Assembly (NCBI GenBank): GCA_963662795.1
Contig: OY759746.1
Coordinates: 3,392,001 to 3,456,000, forward strand
Source of the DNA: Spirochaetia bacterium
Lineage (GTDB): Bacteria > Spirochaetota > Spirochaetia > CADAEX01
DNA: 64,000 nt
Direction: 5' to 3'
Each line of letters opens with the position of its first letter. Position 1 is the stretch's first letter. Made by a program: the position numbers and the translations under genes. Below the pieces are notes generated by a model. The model was given only the letters and a program-made list of their open reading frames with translations, was not told the DNA's origin and searched no databases. Positions 48,401 through 58,799 of this stretch are shown piece by piece.

Positions 48401-50783
48401 AACCTCCCTTGATATCAAGAAGCTCATAAATCAATACCGGTTTATTTTTTCCTTTTACCCTTATATTGTCAAGTTCTCTGACTATTACTTTATCCTTTAC
48501 AAGAGGATAAGTAAATTCGCTTATAATTATCTGTGTAGCATACTGCTTGTTGGTTCCTTCAAGACGCGCCCCGAGGTTGACGTTATCGCCCATAAGCGTA
48601 TAATTCATCCTTCCAAGAGAGCCCATGTTCCCGACAGTCATTACCCCTGAATTCAGACCGATACCGATGTTGATTCTCTTTTCAGGCGGCCAGCCTTCAT
48701 TGAGTTTGCGGAGTGCCTCCATCTGCTTTAAGGCGCATTTGCAGGCAAGAAGCGCATGGTCTTCCTGGGGAAGCGGAGCGCCCCAGAAACACATTATTTC
48801 ATCGCCTACATACTTATCAAGAGTACCCCTGAATTCAAGTATAATATCTGTCATGGAAGTAAGATATATATTTAAATGGTTGACAAGTTCCTGGGGAGTC
48901 ATTGTTTCTGATAAAGTTGTAAATCCCCTGATATCTGAAAAAAATACAGTAAGGTTTTTATCCACTCCTCCCAGCTCCGGAGGATTTTCAAGAATCTGAT
49001 CAACAACAGCGGGGCTTACATATCTTCCAAACATGTTTTTTATCCGTTTCTTGTCTTTTTCCTCAGTCATTACCCTGTATACAACGATGGAAAGAAATGT
49101 AAAAAACACACCGATTGCAGAAGGCGCAAAATCAACAATATAATTCATGGAATCAAAAATAATGCTTGTTGAGATAAAAAACACAAGAACAGAAAAAATG
49201 GAAAAAACCGCAGCCCAGAGTGTTGAAAGTCTTGAGGTTAAAAAAGCTGTGCACATTACAAGAAAAAATAAAATTGAAATATTTATCCAGGACGGAACTT
49301 CTTTAAGGAATTTATTCATCAGGATTGTATTAAGTGCGTTGGCGTGGATTTCAACACCATACATCAGTCCATAGGGAGTTGTTTTTTCATCTGCTGCTAT
49401 ACCTCTTGCAAACGGACCTGTCATCAGTATTTTGTTTGCCACCGCCATGGTTTTGGGCCATGTAGAAGAATCAAACGGCGGGGACTTTGCCGCATAACCT
49501 GAATACGATCTTATTGGATATGTCTGATGTCCGCCTGGATCAGCAGTAGAGGGATTTCCCATGAAATTTATCAGCATCTGTCCATTTTCATCAATGGGAA
49601 TTATAACTTCTTCAAGTACTTTTTTTATTTCAGGTTTTATTATGGCACCATCTTTGCTGTATTTTGCAGGTTTTTCAACCACCTGATAAGGGACCCATTC
49701 CTGCTTTTCCAAATCAAAATATTGAGGTGAAGGTATTTTGATGTATTCTCCGATTCTGACTTCTATATCCTCAGGTTTTTTGTTGAAGTACTCAAGGGCA
49801 AGAGACAATGTTATGGCAGGGACAAACGTATCTTTATATTTTTTTACAGTATAAAAATAAACTTCCTCCCCTCCTGTCGTAAGAGCTTTAACCGGAGGTG
49901 AATTTTTTATAACAGTCTCTTTTAATTCTGATATCCGTTCTTCCGTCAGCGGATATTGTATCGGATGATCCTTGCCGTTAATATCTGTCCATCCCAGTCT
50001 TTCAAATATTGTCTCATCAATTTTATAATCAGTTGTTATATCATCAATATTTATAACATCAACCAAAATCGACGATTTCGATATCATACCCTGTCTGCGG
50101 TATATCTTGTCAAAATCTTCCTTGAAATTGGCATGACCATAACCCTTGCTTACCCTGGCAAGCGGCTGAAGAGGAGGCTGGAGACCTGAATAGGAAGTGA
50201 CATTGTGCCAGTTTCCTTTTACATTTTTAATCCTGCCGTAGGTATTGTAAAGTATTTCCTGTCTGCCGATATAATCCTCTGCTATAGCTTCTGATGGAGG
50301 AACTTCATCAAGTACAGTCTCAAGAAAGACCCGCCCGCTCTCCTTAATTGCCTCAACAAGAAGGGCATCATCATAAGCCTTGCTGGTATCCGGCTCAATA
50401 AAAAAAACGTCTATAAACAGCGCCCGTTCCCTTTCTTCCTGATTTTTAATTCGTGAAAAGGTTTTTACCAGATCAGCGTGCCGATACCTGGGAAACGGCC
50501 ATTTGCCGAATTTATTAAGGCTTCTGAAATCAATCCCGACTATAAGTATGTCAGGTGATATATTGGGATTTTGTATTGATTGAGTAACACCTTCCTGAAT
50601 ATAGGTTTTCTGTGAAATATTTTTAAGATAAAAGTTTACATCAATCATTTTGAGTTTTAATTTATTTGTGATATCTGTAAAGTTTTCAGCGAATAGAATC
50701 AGCGAAAATATTAAAACAGCAATTAACATTCCGAAGTATTTGGTCTGCATTAAAAATTTTGCGCTGAATGCTTTTTTACCCAT
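48387..50783 (-). CDS. CHASE2-domain class III adenylate cyclase
   Basis: N-terminal TM, CHASE2 (GKWPFPR...YGVEIHANALNTIL), 3 TM, catalytic FSDIRGFT, DKYVGDEIM, NYTLMGDNVNLGARLEG. Lys/Thr specificity residues point to ATP. Confidence 0.92.
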   Translation of the reverse strand: MGKKAFSAKFLMQTKYFGMLIAVLIFSLILFAENFTDITNKLKLKMIDVNFYLKNISQKTYIQEGVTQSIQNPNISPDILIVGIDFRSLNKFGKWPFPRYRHADLVKTFSRIKNQEERERALFIDVFFIEPDTSKAYDDALLVEAIKESGRVFLETVLDEVPPSEAIAEDYIGRQEILYNTYGRIKNVKGNWHNVTSYSGLQPPLQPLARVSKGYGHANFKEDFDKIYRRQGMISKSSILVDVINIDDITTDYKIDETIFERLGWTDINGKDHPIQYPLTEERISELKETVIKNSPPVKALTTGGEEVYFYTVKKYKDTFVPAITLSLALEYFNKKPEDIEVRIGEYIKIPSPQYFDLEKQEWVPYQVVEKPAKYSKDGAIIKPEIKKVLEEVIIPIDENGQMLINFMGNPSTADPGGHQTYPIRSYSGYAAKSPPFDSSTWPKTMAVANKILMTGPFARGIAADEKTTPYGLMYGVEIHANALNTILMNKFLKEVPSWINISILFFLVMCTAFLTSRLSTLWAAVFSIFSVLVFFISTSIIFDSMNYIVDFAPSAIGVFFTFLSIVVYRVMTEEKDKKRIKNMFGRYVSPAVVDQILENPPELGGVDKNLTVFFSDIRGFTTLSETMTPQELVNHLNIYLTSMTDIILEFRGTLDKYVGDEIMCFWGAPLPQEDHALLACKCALKQMEALRKLNEGWPPEKRINIGIGLNSGVMTVGNMGSLGRMNYTLMGDNVNLGARLEGTNKQYATQIIISEFTYPLVKDKVIVRELDNIRVKGKNKPVLIYELLDIKGGYDTP

Positions 50784-50831
50784 TTAAAGTTCCTCCTGAA
50801 TCTGCCAGGGACAGCTTTATCAAAAAATATA

Positions 50832-50897
50832 TTCCTTCCGGAATTTTATCCTGGAAGGAAGTTATAATATTTTACCAGTCGTTACAGGCATATTCAA
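50832..50897 (-). promoter_or_regulatory. sigma70 promoter and 5' leader hairpin of the cyclase operon
   Basis: TTGAAT-N17-TAAAAT (50897-50869), then a TTCCTTCC...GGAAGGAA hairpin (50832-50860). The hairpin may also terminate the upstream operon. Confidence 0.5.
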
Positions 50898-50956
50898 AAG
50901 ATTGCCGGATAAATGAATATATGCTTTAAATACTAATTATTCTAAAAACATAGAAA

Positions 50957-51664
50957 CTATTTATCAATCTTGCCTGCAGATTTGAGATAAATTATACGGT
51001 CTCTGGCAAAATTTGTCCAATCACTATTTGTATATTTTGATGTTATAAGATTGTAGTAATCTGCAGATGTCTTATAGTCACCCTTTTCCTCATAAAGTCT
51101 TCCCAGGGAAAAAATAACATGTGATATATCCGGGTATTCAGATGCGTAACTGCTTTCAATTTTTTTATAGGTATCTATTGCTTTATCATTCTGATCAGTA
51201 TTTTCATAGCAGACTGCCGCATTATTAAGAGCTATGGGAGCAAGGTAGGTCTTTTTATATTTATCTGCAAAATCGTTAAATATGTCAGAAGCTTTGTCAT
51301 ACTGTTTATCCTGAAAAAGGATATCTCCTTTCATGAACAATGCCCTCTGTGCAGCATAAAATGTACTGTATTTGTCAATAACATCATCAAGAGATTTTAT
51401 AATCTCTGTAATTTTCTCAGATTTGCCTGAATCATCACTTTCCATTCCTGCAACAGCAAGATAGCTGTCTTCAATCTCTTCAATCAGAACTGTTGCCTTT
51501 TCGTTTATTGAAGATCTGATTTCATTATAAACAGTAGCGCCAATTGCAAATGCCAATATTCCTGCAATTAAAATAATCAGCAGTTTCCATTTGCTGGATA
51601 AAAAATCTGAAATGGATTTTAATAATTTCTGCTTAAATGTTAATTCTTCATGATGCTGCATCAA
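50957..51664 (-). CDS. Membrane-anchored TPR protein (YfgM-like)
   Basis: Single N-terminal TM segment followed by TPR helices (AL...A..YE..., LGRLYE..G.Y..). Confidence 0.75.
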   Translation of the reverse strand: MMQHHEELTFKQKLLKSISDFLSSKWKLLIILIAGILAFAIGATVYNEIRSSINEKATVLIEEIEDSYLAVAGMESDDSGKSEKITEIIKSLDDVIDKYSTFYAAQRALFMKGDILFQDKQYDKASDIFNDFADKYKKTYLAPIALNNAAVCYENTDQNDKAIDTYKKIESSYASEYPDISHVIFSLGRLYEEKGDYKTSADYYNLITSKYTNSDWTNFARDRIIYLKSAGKIDK

Positions 51665-51665
51665 T

Positions 51666-52619
51666 TTACTCCTTGATTTCTTCTTTAATTTCCAGCTCTT
51701 TAATCAATCTGGATAAATATGTTCTTTGAATACCAAGTACAGAAGATGTTCTGCTCCGGTTCCATTCATTTGCCTTAAGAGCTTTTATTATATAGTTTTT
51801 TTTGAATTTGTTGATAGCCGTTTTCAGCGGTAAAATAATATTTTTTCCATAATTTTTAAATTCAATATCTTCCGGTTTTATCGTTTTCCCTTTCATTGTT
51901 ACTGAAAGACGTTTTATATAGTTTTCAAGTTCCCTTACGTTGCCGGGCCAGTCATAAGAGTATAATTTTTCCATCGCACTACTGCTAAAAACAATTCCCC
52001 CGCTCATGCGGCCGGAAAAATAATCGATGAGCTGAGGAATATCATCCTTTCTGTTTTTAAGTTCGGGAATATGAAGAAGAAGAACATTGAGCCTGTAATA
52101 TAGATCTTTTCTGAAATTACCTGCTGCAACTTCAGCTTCTATATCCTTGTTTGTCGCGGATATTATCCGTATATCAATTTTAACCGGATTTTCAGAACCA
52201 AGCTGATCCACCGTGCTGTTTTCAATTACACGCAACAGTCTGGATTGGGTATTAAGAGGCAGTTCTGTAATTTCATCAAGAAAAACTGTACCGGTATCTG
52301 CCGCGATAAATTTACCTTTTCTGTATGAAGAAGCATCGGTAAATGCACCTTTAAGATGGCCGAAAAGCTCACTTTCAATCAGAGATTCAGGTATTGCGGC
52401 ACAATTAATTTTTACAAAAGGTTTTCCGGACCTCAGACTGTTTTTATAAATAAGATCTGCAAAAAGTTCCTTGCCTGTACCGCTGTCTCCGGTTATAAGA
52501 ACAGGGGCATCAGACGAGGCAATTTTAAATGCAAAATTCCTGCAATCCTTGATAAGACTGCAGGAACCTATTATTTTGTCTGAATAATCTTGTGGTAAGT
52601 TATCTGTCTTGTTTTTCAC
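51666..52619 (-). CDS. sigma54 enhancer-binding protein lacking an N-terminal sensory domain
   Basis: Starts directly at the AAA+ core ([49 protein letters not shown]), then an HTH; overlaps the rpsA stop. Confidence 0.88.
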   Translation of the reverse strand: MKNKTDNLPQDYSDKIIGSCSLIKDCRNFAFKIASSDAPVLITGDSGTGKELFADLIYKNSLRSGKPFVKINCAAIPESLIESELFGHLKGAFTDASSYRKGKFIAADTGTVFLDEITELPLNTQSRLLRVIENSTVDQLGSENPVKIDIRIISATNKDIEAEVAAGNFRKDLYYRLNVLLLHIPELKNRKDDIPQLIDYFSGRMSGGIVFSSSAMEKLYSYDWPGNVRELENYIKRLSVTMKGKTIKPEDIEFKNYGKNIILPLKTAINKFKKNYIIKALKANEWNRSRTSSVLGIQRTYLSRLIKELEIKEEIKE

Positions 52620-54309
52620 TCTGTTTCATAAAATCACCAAGTGTTGCCATTGGCGAATCTTCTTCAGACTGTATATATTTAGAAATCTCTGCTCTCTCTG
52701 CGGATTTTTTATATTCTTTTATTGAGAGAGAAAGTTTTTTCTTTTTTGAATTAATTTCAGTAATAACAGCCTTGATCTTATCACCGACATTGTATTTATT
52801 CATTTCAGCATCAAGATCTTCGTTATATTTGTCTGAAATATTGCTTTTATTTATAAGTCCTTCTATTTCACCCTGAACCTTAACAAAAAGACCGAAATCT
52901 GTTTTACCGCTGATTTCACCTTCAATAAGACTTCCGCGTGTAAAAGATTTTGCAAGAACATCCCAGGGATTGTCACTAAGCTGCTTAACACCAAGCCTTA
53001 TCCTTCTGTTTTGTGTATCAACATGAAGAACAACAACATTTATTGTTTCGTTCGGTTTTAATACTGAAAAGGCGTTTTTAACCTTTTTTGTCCAGGACAT
53101 ATCATCAATATGTAAAAAACCTGTAATCCCCTCTTCCAGTTCGATAAAGGCTCCTGCATTTGTTACCTTTAATATTTTTCTCTCAAGCTGCATACCTTCA
53201 GGATACTGGTTCTGAATTGTATCCCATGGATTTTCAAGGAGCTGTTTTATACCGAGAGATATTCTTCCCTGCTGTATATCGTAAGAGAGGATCATGCATT
53301 CAACTTCATCTCCGACAGAGAAAAGTTCTTTCGGATGGTTGATCTTTTGTACCCATGAAAATTCCGAAATATGGGCCATCCCCTCTATACCCTCTTCCAG
53401 CTCTATAAAAGCGCCGAAATCGGTTAACTTTGTAACTTTACCCTTAACAACAGTACCGGCACTGTATTTATCAGCAAAAGTATCCCACGGATTTTCAGAG
53501 AAATGCTTTAATGAAAGGTTTATTTTATTGTTTTCCCTGTCGAGATTTATCAGCTTTAAAGTAACCTGCTGACCTTTTTTTACATAATCCTTTGGTTTTG
53601 CTACATGTCCCCAGCTCATATCGTTTATATGAAGCAGGCCGTCAAAACCGCCAAGATCAATAAAAGCGCCGAAAGAAGCAATACTTTTAACAGTTCCTTC
53701 AACAGTATCTCCGACTTTTGCGTTATTGAAGAATTCTTCTTTTTTCCTTGCAAGTTCTTCAACCAAATATGCTTTTCTGTTAAGTACAATATTTATTTTT
53801 TTGTCGCTGTAAAGTCGGTCTATATAGAATTTATATGTATTATCAATATACTCTGAAGGCTCTTCCGCTTTACCGGCATCAATTTTTGAAATAGGCACAA
53901 AAGCCTTTACACTGTATCCAAGCAGTACTTCAAACCCGCCCTTAACATCTTTAAGAACTTTTGCATCTACCGGTACTTTATCCTGATAAGCTTTTTTAAG
54001 ATTCTTCCAGAATTCTTTTTCATCATATTTTCTTTTTGATACAATAATCTGTCCGTCTCTGCTTTCTTTTTTAACAAGAACCACATTGACTGTATCGCCT
54101 ATTTTAGGGGGAGAATCAAATTCCAGCATGGGGATTTTGCCTTCAGACTTATATCCGATGTCTACAAAAACTGTCTCGTCAGTAACCTGTATAATGTTAC
54201 CTTCTACGACATGCCCCTCTTCCAGCTCATCGAGAGATTTTAAATATTCTTCCTGGAGGTTTGTCTGGCTGTTAATTTCTTCGCTGTTAATGATTTCTCT
54301 CTCATCCAT
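52600..54309 (-). CDS. rpsA: 30S ribosomal protein S1
   Basis: Six S1 repeats (VDIGYKSEG, FGAFIDLGG.DGLLH, FGAFIELEEGIEG.AHISE). Confidence 0.96.
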   Translation of the reverse strand: MDEREIINSEEINSQTNLQEEYLKSLDELEEGHVVEGNIIQVTDETVFVDIGYKSEGKIPMLEFDSPPKIGDTVNVVLVKKESRDGQIIVSKRKYDEKEFWKNLKKAYQDKVPVDAKVLKDVKGGFEVLLGYSVKAFVPISKIDAGKAEEPSEYIDNTYKFYIDRLYSDKKINIVLNRKAYLVEELARKKEEFFNNAKVGDTVEGTVKSIASFGAFIDLGGFDGLLHINDMSWGHVAKPKDYVKKGQQVTLKLINLDRENNKINLSLKHFSENPWDTFADKYSAGTVVKGKVTKLTDFGAFIELEEGIEGMAHISEFSWVQKINHPKELFSVGDEVECMILSYDIQQGRISLGIKQLLENPWDTIQNQYPEGMQLERKILKVTNAGAFIELEEGITGFLHIDDMSWTKKVKNAFSVLKPNETINVVVLHVDTQNRRIRLGVKQLSDNPWDVLAKSFTRGSLIEGEISGKTDFGLFVKVQGEIEGLINKSNISDKYNEDLDAEMNKYNVGDKIKAVITEINSKKKKLSLSIKEYKKSAERAEISKYIQSEEDSPMATLGDFMKQSEKQDR

Positions 54310-54327
54310 TTTGGAAAAACTCCTAAT

Positions 54328-54969
54328 TTACGACCTGTGTTTGTTTATTTCAGACATTACTTTCTCACAAACTTCATCTATGGTCAAGTCCGAACTATTT
54401 AAATAAATTGCATCCTCAGATATTTTTAATTTTCCGAATTCCTTGTTGTGATCAATCATGTCTCTGTCGTTTATGCCTGATTTTATTTCTTCGAGAGATT
54501 TTTCACTGACCCCCTGGTCGAGTCTTCTTTTTGCTCTTTTATCAATGGAAGCATCTAGATAAATTTTAACTTCCGCATCTGTAAAAACTACAGTCGTCAT
54601 ATCGCGGCCTTCAGCAATTATATCCTGATTCCGGGAAACCCTGTGCAATTGGCTGTTTATTTTATTTCGCACTTCCCTGATCGTAGAGACCTGTGCGACA
54701 AGAGAATCAACCCTGTCTGAATGCAGCTCATCTTCCACCTCTTTGCCGTCAAGATAAACACGCTTGTCAATAATGTCTATTTTATGTTTATCTGCCTCTT
54801 CAATCACTGAATCTGTATTATTTATATCAATATTATTCCGGATAAGCGCGAGGGTAAGCGCCCTGTAGAAGTTTCCTGTATTCAGATAAAAAAAACCTGT
54901 TTTCAGGGCAAGGCTTGAGGCAATGGTGCTTTTGCCGGCCCCCGCAGGCCCGTCAATTGCTACTATCAT
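54328..54969 (-). CDS. cmk: Cytidylate kinase
   Basis: IAIDGPAGAGKST, TG.FYRA, AEGRDM.TVVF.DA..K.YLDAS...RA.RR. Confidence 0.95.
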   Translation of the reverse strand: MIVAIDGPAGAGKSTIASSLALKTGFFYLNTGNFYRALTLALIRNNIDINNTDSVIEEADKHKIDIIDKRVYLDGKEVEDELHSDRVDSLVAQVSTIREVRNKINSQLHRVSRNQDIIAEGRDMTTVVFTDAEVKIYLDASIDKRAKRRLDQGVSEKSLEEIKSGINDRDMIDHNKEFGKLKISEDAIYLNSSDLTIDEVCEKVMSEINKHRS

Positions 54970-55723
54970 TATTTTCTCCCTTTTCAAGAAGCCATTTAAC
55001 TTCTTTGTCTCCAAGGTGTCTGTAGCTTCCCGGCACTATGCCTGACAGTTTGACGCATCCGATTCTGGTTCTCTGCAGTTTTTTTATTTTTATCCTGTAG
55101 TGCGAAAATATATTACGGATCTCCCTGTTTTTGCCTTCTGTAAGAACAAGGCTTATGCGGTAAGGAGTTTTGTAATTATATTTTTTTATTTTATATAATT
55201 CACCGTTTATCCTAACCCCTTTCATCAGTTCCTGGAGGATATCTTCGGGTACTGAATCCCTGGTTTCAACCACATATTCCTTTTCAATCTGTGAAGAAGG
55301 ATGTGATATCATTCTTCCGAAATTGCCGTCATTCGTCATAAGGAGAAGTCCTGTTGACATATAATCCAGTCTGCCTATTGAAAAAAGCCGGTAGCTTTTA
55401 AAGTCCCTGAAAAAGGACAAAAGGGTAATTCTTCCTTCCGGATCTGCATTTGAACAGATAACCTGCGGAGGCTTGTTGAAGGCAAGATATATCTGTTTTC
55501 TTGTCGGGTAAACTTCCCTCCCCTTGTAATATACAAGGTCGCCGGGATAAACTTTTTCACCCATTTTACTGATAACCGTACTGTTGATTCTTACATGCCC
55601 TTCCGCAATAAATTCTTCACATTTTCTTCTGGATCCAAGACCGCAATTGGCAAGATATACCTGCAGTCTTAATCCTTTATTATTTTCTGAGGACTCCTGT
55701 TCAGCCTCTTTTCTTTTACCCAT
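54953..55723 (-). CDS. rluB: rRNA pseudouridine synthase (RluB/RsuA family)
   Basis: S4 domain RLQ.YLA..G..SRR, GRLD..STGLLL.TNDG, EG.NREIR; follows scpB. Confidence 0.88.
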   Translation of the reverse strand: MGKRKEAEQESSENNKGLRLQVYLANCGLGSRRKCEEFIAEGHVRINSTVISKMGEKVYPGDLVYYKGREVYPTRKQIYLAFNKPPQVICSNADPEGRITLLSFFRDFKSYRLFSIGRLDYMSTGLLLMTNDGNFGRMISHPSSQIEKEYVVETRDSVPEDILQELMKGVRINGELYKIKKYNYKTPYRISLVLTEGKNREIRNIFSHYRIKIKKLQRTRIGCVKLSGIVPGSYRHLGDKEVKWLLEKGENNDSSN

Positions 55724-56255
55724 TCAGTTCAAACCTCTTTAAATCTGTATCACTTAATTTCGGAAGATCTGAAATGCTTTTCAGTTTAAAAAAAGTCAGA
55801 AATTCCTGTGTTGTTCCGTATGTTACAGGCTTTCCGGGTGTATCCTTTTTACCTGTTTCCTTAACAAGTTTTCTTCCCATTAATAATCTAAGCATTCCAT
55901 CGGACGATACTCCCCTGATATTCTCAATTTCAGCGCGTGTAACAGGCTGTGAATATGCTATGATTGAAAGAGTTTCCATGGCAGCCCTTGAAAGCCTGTT
56001 CTCATTTTTCTTCCCGTATTTACCTTTCAAATAATCCCAGTATTCAATCTTGGGTGCAAACTGATAACCGCCCCCTATTTCAAGCAATTCAAGTCCCCTA
56101 TCCGGCTGGGAGAACTTTTCCTTAAGATTAGCCAGTGCCTGTAAAACAGCTTCCTTTGAAAAGTCTGTAATTTTTATTAGAGAATTCAGGTCAACAGGAT
56201 CGCTTTCAAGAAAGAGAATTGCTTCAAGTAATGCTTCTTCTTTTTCCAATTTCAT
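55716..56255 (-). CDS. scpB: SMC-ScpAB complex subunit ScpB
   Basis: LEAILF, LSRAAMETL.IIAY.QPVTRAEIE.IRGV, PG.P..YGTT..FL..F.L..I.DLP. Confidence 0.95.
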   Translation of the reverse strand: MKLEKEEALLEAILFLESDPVDLNSLIKITDFSKEAVLQALANLKEKFSQPDRGLELLEIGGGYQFAPKIEYWDYLKGKYGKKNENRLSRAAMETLSIIAYSQPVTRAEIENIRGVSSDGMLRLLMGRKLVKETGKKDTPGKPVTYGTTQEFLTFFKLKSISDLPKLSDTDLKRFELNG

Positions 56256-57013
56256 TAACCTTCCCTGGATGTTTCAACTTTATTTTGATATTTCCGGATT
56301 CTGATATCTCCGAACATTCTGTTCTGGTAAACAGATATGATTTTGTTTTTTACAGAATCAAGTATTGCCAGAAAAGAACAGACAAATTCCATAACAGATG
56401 TGTTGTTTTTTATCAATTCAGTAAAGAGTATTTCCTGATTTTTTTCAAGCATTTCATTCATTAATGTTATTTTTTCGTTGAGAGTTACTTCTTCGTAGAT
56501 ATCAAGTATCTGTTCATTTGAGAGATTGCTGATAATTGAAGAAAAAGTCTGAAGGAGATCCCATATATCAATTTCTTCCCATAATTCATCATCATTTACA
56601 AATGGTAAATTACGCTGATTGCTGGTTCTCTCAATTATCCATTCAGATTCTTTTTCCTTGTCGCTCATTATTTCAGAAAGTTTTTTAAACTTCTGATATT
56701 CTATCAGCCTTTCAACAAGTTCGGCTCTCGGATCCTCAAATTCATCATCAATATCCACCTCTACGGGAAGAAGCATTCTTGATTTTATATAAAGCAGTGT
56801 TGCAGCCATTGTATAAAATTCGGATAGATTATCCAGATTTTTTTTTGTAGCATATTCAAGAAAGACCAGGTATTGTTCCACAATTTCGGAAATTGGAATA
56901 TCATATATATTTATTTCTGATTTTCTTATAAGAAAAAGCAATAAATCAAGAGGCCCTTCAAACTCACCTAGTTTAAATTTATGGGAAACGTTTTCTGTCT
57001 GTTCAGACACCAT
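56255..57013 (-). CDS. scpA: SMC-ScpAB complex kleisin ScpA
   Basis: FEGPLDLLL.LI, I..I.EQYL, MAATLL.IKSR.LLP, DPR.ELV.RL.EY; start placed at ATG 57013. Confidence 0.95.
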   Translation of the reverse strand: MVSEQTENVSHKFKLGEFEGPLDLLLFLIRKSEINIYDIPISEIVEQYLVFLEYATKKNLDNLSEFYTMAATLLYIKSRMLLPVEVDIDDEFEDPRAELVERLIEYQKFKKLSEIMSDKEKESEWIIERTSNQRNLPFVNDDELWEEIDIWDLLQTFSSIISNLSNEQILDIYEEVTLNEKITLMNEMLEKNQEILFTELIKNNTSVMEFVCSFLAILDSVKNKIISVYQNRMFGDIRIRKYQNKVETSREG

Positions 57014-57017
57014 GTTA

Positions 57018-57656
57018 TTATCCTGTATATTTGTATTTTTCAATATATCGGCAAGATTTGTAAAGGTAAACACCCTGATTGTCCTGTTTCTCTGTAAACA
57101 TCAAATATTTTTGTAATGTTAAAGGATCGGTGAGTGTATTATCAAGTTCAAGCAAAGGTATAAGGACAAATTGCCTTTCTTTTATCCCGGGATGAGGCAG
57201 GGTAAGCTTTGCAGTATTTAATACTTCATCTCTGAACAGGAGTATGTCTATATCTATTGTCCTGGGCCCTTTAGGCAGGGAGGGATCTCTTGTTCTTCCA
57301 AGCTCTTTTTCAATAGCAAGGACTGTTTTCAGCAATTCATCCGGATAAATAGAGGGAGAAGCTTTCCCGCGGAATACAGTATTTATAAAATCAGGCTGAT
57401 CTTTGTAATAAAGAGGCCTGGATATGTATAAAGATGCTGTCTCAAGTTCTTCAAAGTGTTTTTTAAGGAGAAAAAACGCATCTGCAATATTCTTTTCTTT
57501 ATCACCCAGGTTGGACCCTATTCCGAGGAAAACTACATTATAGCCTTGAGTATGACCGGCAATATCGCCGGAATTACAGTCTGCAGGCAGATCAGAAAAG
57601 TTTTGAATCTTCAGTTTTATTTTCTTCCTTTTCTCCCTTTTTTTCAGGTACGGCAT
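57018..57656 (-). CDS. folK: 2-amino-4-hydroxy-6-hydroxymethyldihydropteridine pyrophosphokinase
   Basis: [36 protein letters not shown]...ER.FVL.PL. Start uncertain because it overlaps recA. Confidence 0.92.
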   Translation of the reverse strand: MPYLKKREKRKKIKLKIQNFSDLPADCNSGDIAGHTQGYNVVFLGIGSNLGDKEKNIADAFFLLKKHFEELETASLYISRPLYYKDQPDFINTVFRGKASPSIYPDELLKTVLAIEKELGRTRDPSLPKGPRTIDIDILLFRDEVLNTAKLTLPHPGIKERQFVLIPLLELDNTLTDPLTLQKYLMFTEKQDNQGVYLYKSCRYIEKYKYTG

Positions 57657-58707
57657 TTTCTTTCTTTACGGGAACCGGGAAAAATATATCTCTGACTTTT
57701 TTTTCGATTTCCTGCATTATCGGAATATTGTTATCAATAAAATCCTTTACATTATCCCTGCCCTGCCCTATTTTTTCTTCTCCGTATGCATACCAGCTGC
57801 CGCTTTTCTGGATAATTCCAAGGTTTACAGCAGCATCCAGTAAACACGATGTCGCAGAGATTCCTTTGCCGAATATAATTTCGAGATCCACCTTTCTGAA
57901 AGGAGGAGCCATTTTATTTTTGACAACTTTAACCCGCACCCTGTTGCCGATAGCTTCTTCTGATGTTTTTTCTATAGTTTCAATTTTTCTTACTTCAATT
58001 CTCATTGAAGAATAAAACTTAAGAGCCTTGCCGCCTGTTGTTGTTTCAGGGTTTCCAAACATAATGCCGATTTTCATTCTTATCTGATTGATGAAGATAA
58101 TGCATGTATTTGATTTTGAGAGAATTGATGTAAGTTTTCTGAGAGCCTGGCTCATAAGCCGTGCCTGAAGGCCCATGTGGGAATCTCCCATATCTCCTTC
58201 AATTTCAGCCTGGGGAGTCAGGGCCGCAACTGAGTCCACAACAATAATATCAACTGCGCCGGAACGGATAAGAGATTCTGTTATCTCAAGAGCCTGTTCA
58301 CCGGTGTCAGGCTGCGAAATCCAGAGGTCATCGGTATTAACTCCGAGATTTCTCGCATAAACAGGGTCGAGAGCATGTTCGGCATCAATAAAAGCTGCAA
58401 CCCCCCCTTTTTTCTGTGCTTCGGCAATTGCATGGAGCGCAAGGGTCGTTTTCCCGGAAGATTCCGGTCCATATATTTCAACTACCCGCCCTTTGGGATA
58501 TCCGCCGATCCCCAGAGCCGCATCGAGGGTTATTGAACCGGATGATATTACCTGTATATTTGTATTTACAGGTCTTTCTCCAAGTTTCATCAGGGATCCT
58601 TTTCCAAACTGTTTCTCAATCTGAAGCCGGGCTGCTTCAAGCGCTTTTTGCTTGTCTGAATCGTTATATTTAATTTCAGGAACCTGAATATCAATTTTTT
58701 TAGCCAT
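57592..58707 (-). CDS. recA: Recombinase A
   Basis: [67 protein letters not shown]; ATG 58707 with GGAGG SD. Confidence 0.98.
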   Translation of the reverse strand: MAKKIDIQVPEIKYNDSDKQKALEAARLQIEKQFGKGSLMKLGERPVNTNIQVISSGSITLDAALGIGGYPKGRVVEIYGPESSGKTTLALHAIAEAQKKGGVAAFIDAEHALDPVYARNLGVNTDDLWISQPDTGEQALEITESLIRSGAVDIIVVDSVAALTPQAEIEGDMGDSHMGLQARLMSQALRKLTSILSKSNTCIIFINQIRMKIGIMFGNPETTTGGKALKFYSSMRIEVRKIETIEKTSEEAIGNRVRVKVVKNKMAPPFRKVDLEIIFGKGISATSCLLDAAVNLGIIQKSGSWYAYGEEKIGQGRDNVKDFIDNNIPIMQEIEKKVRDIFFPVPVKKENAVPEKKGEKEENKTEDSKLF

Positions 58708-58799
58708 TATTAAATCCTCCTGCCGAATTAAACCATAATATATACAATATACTTCAATCAATTTTGCATATTTACTTTGCAGTGGTCAATAAGGCATAA

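Noticed and set aside
58708-58799. LexA/SOS box upstream of recA (TTTGCA direct repeat at about 58763-58781)
   Set aside because: It matches no LexA box I can name, and no similar motif is visible upstream of uvrB.
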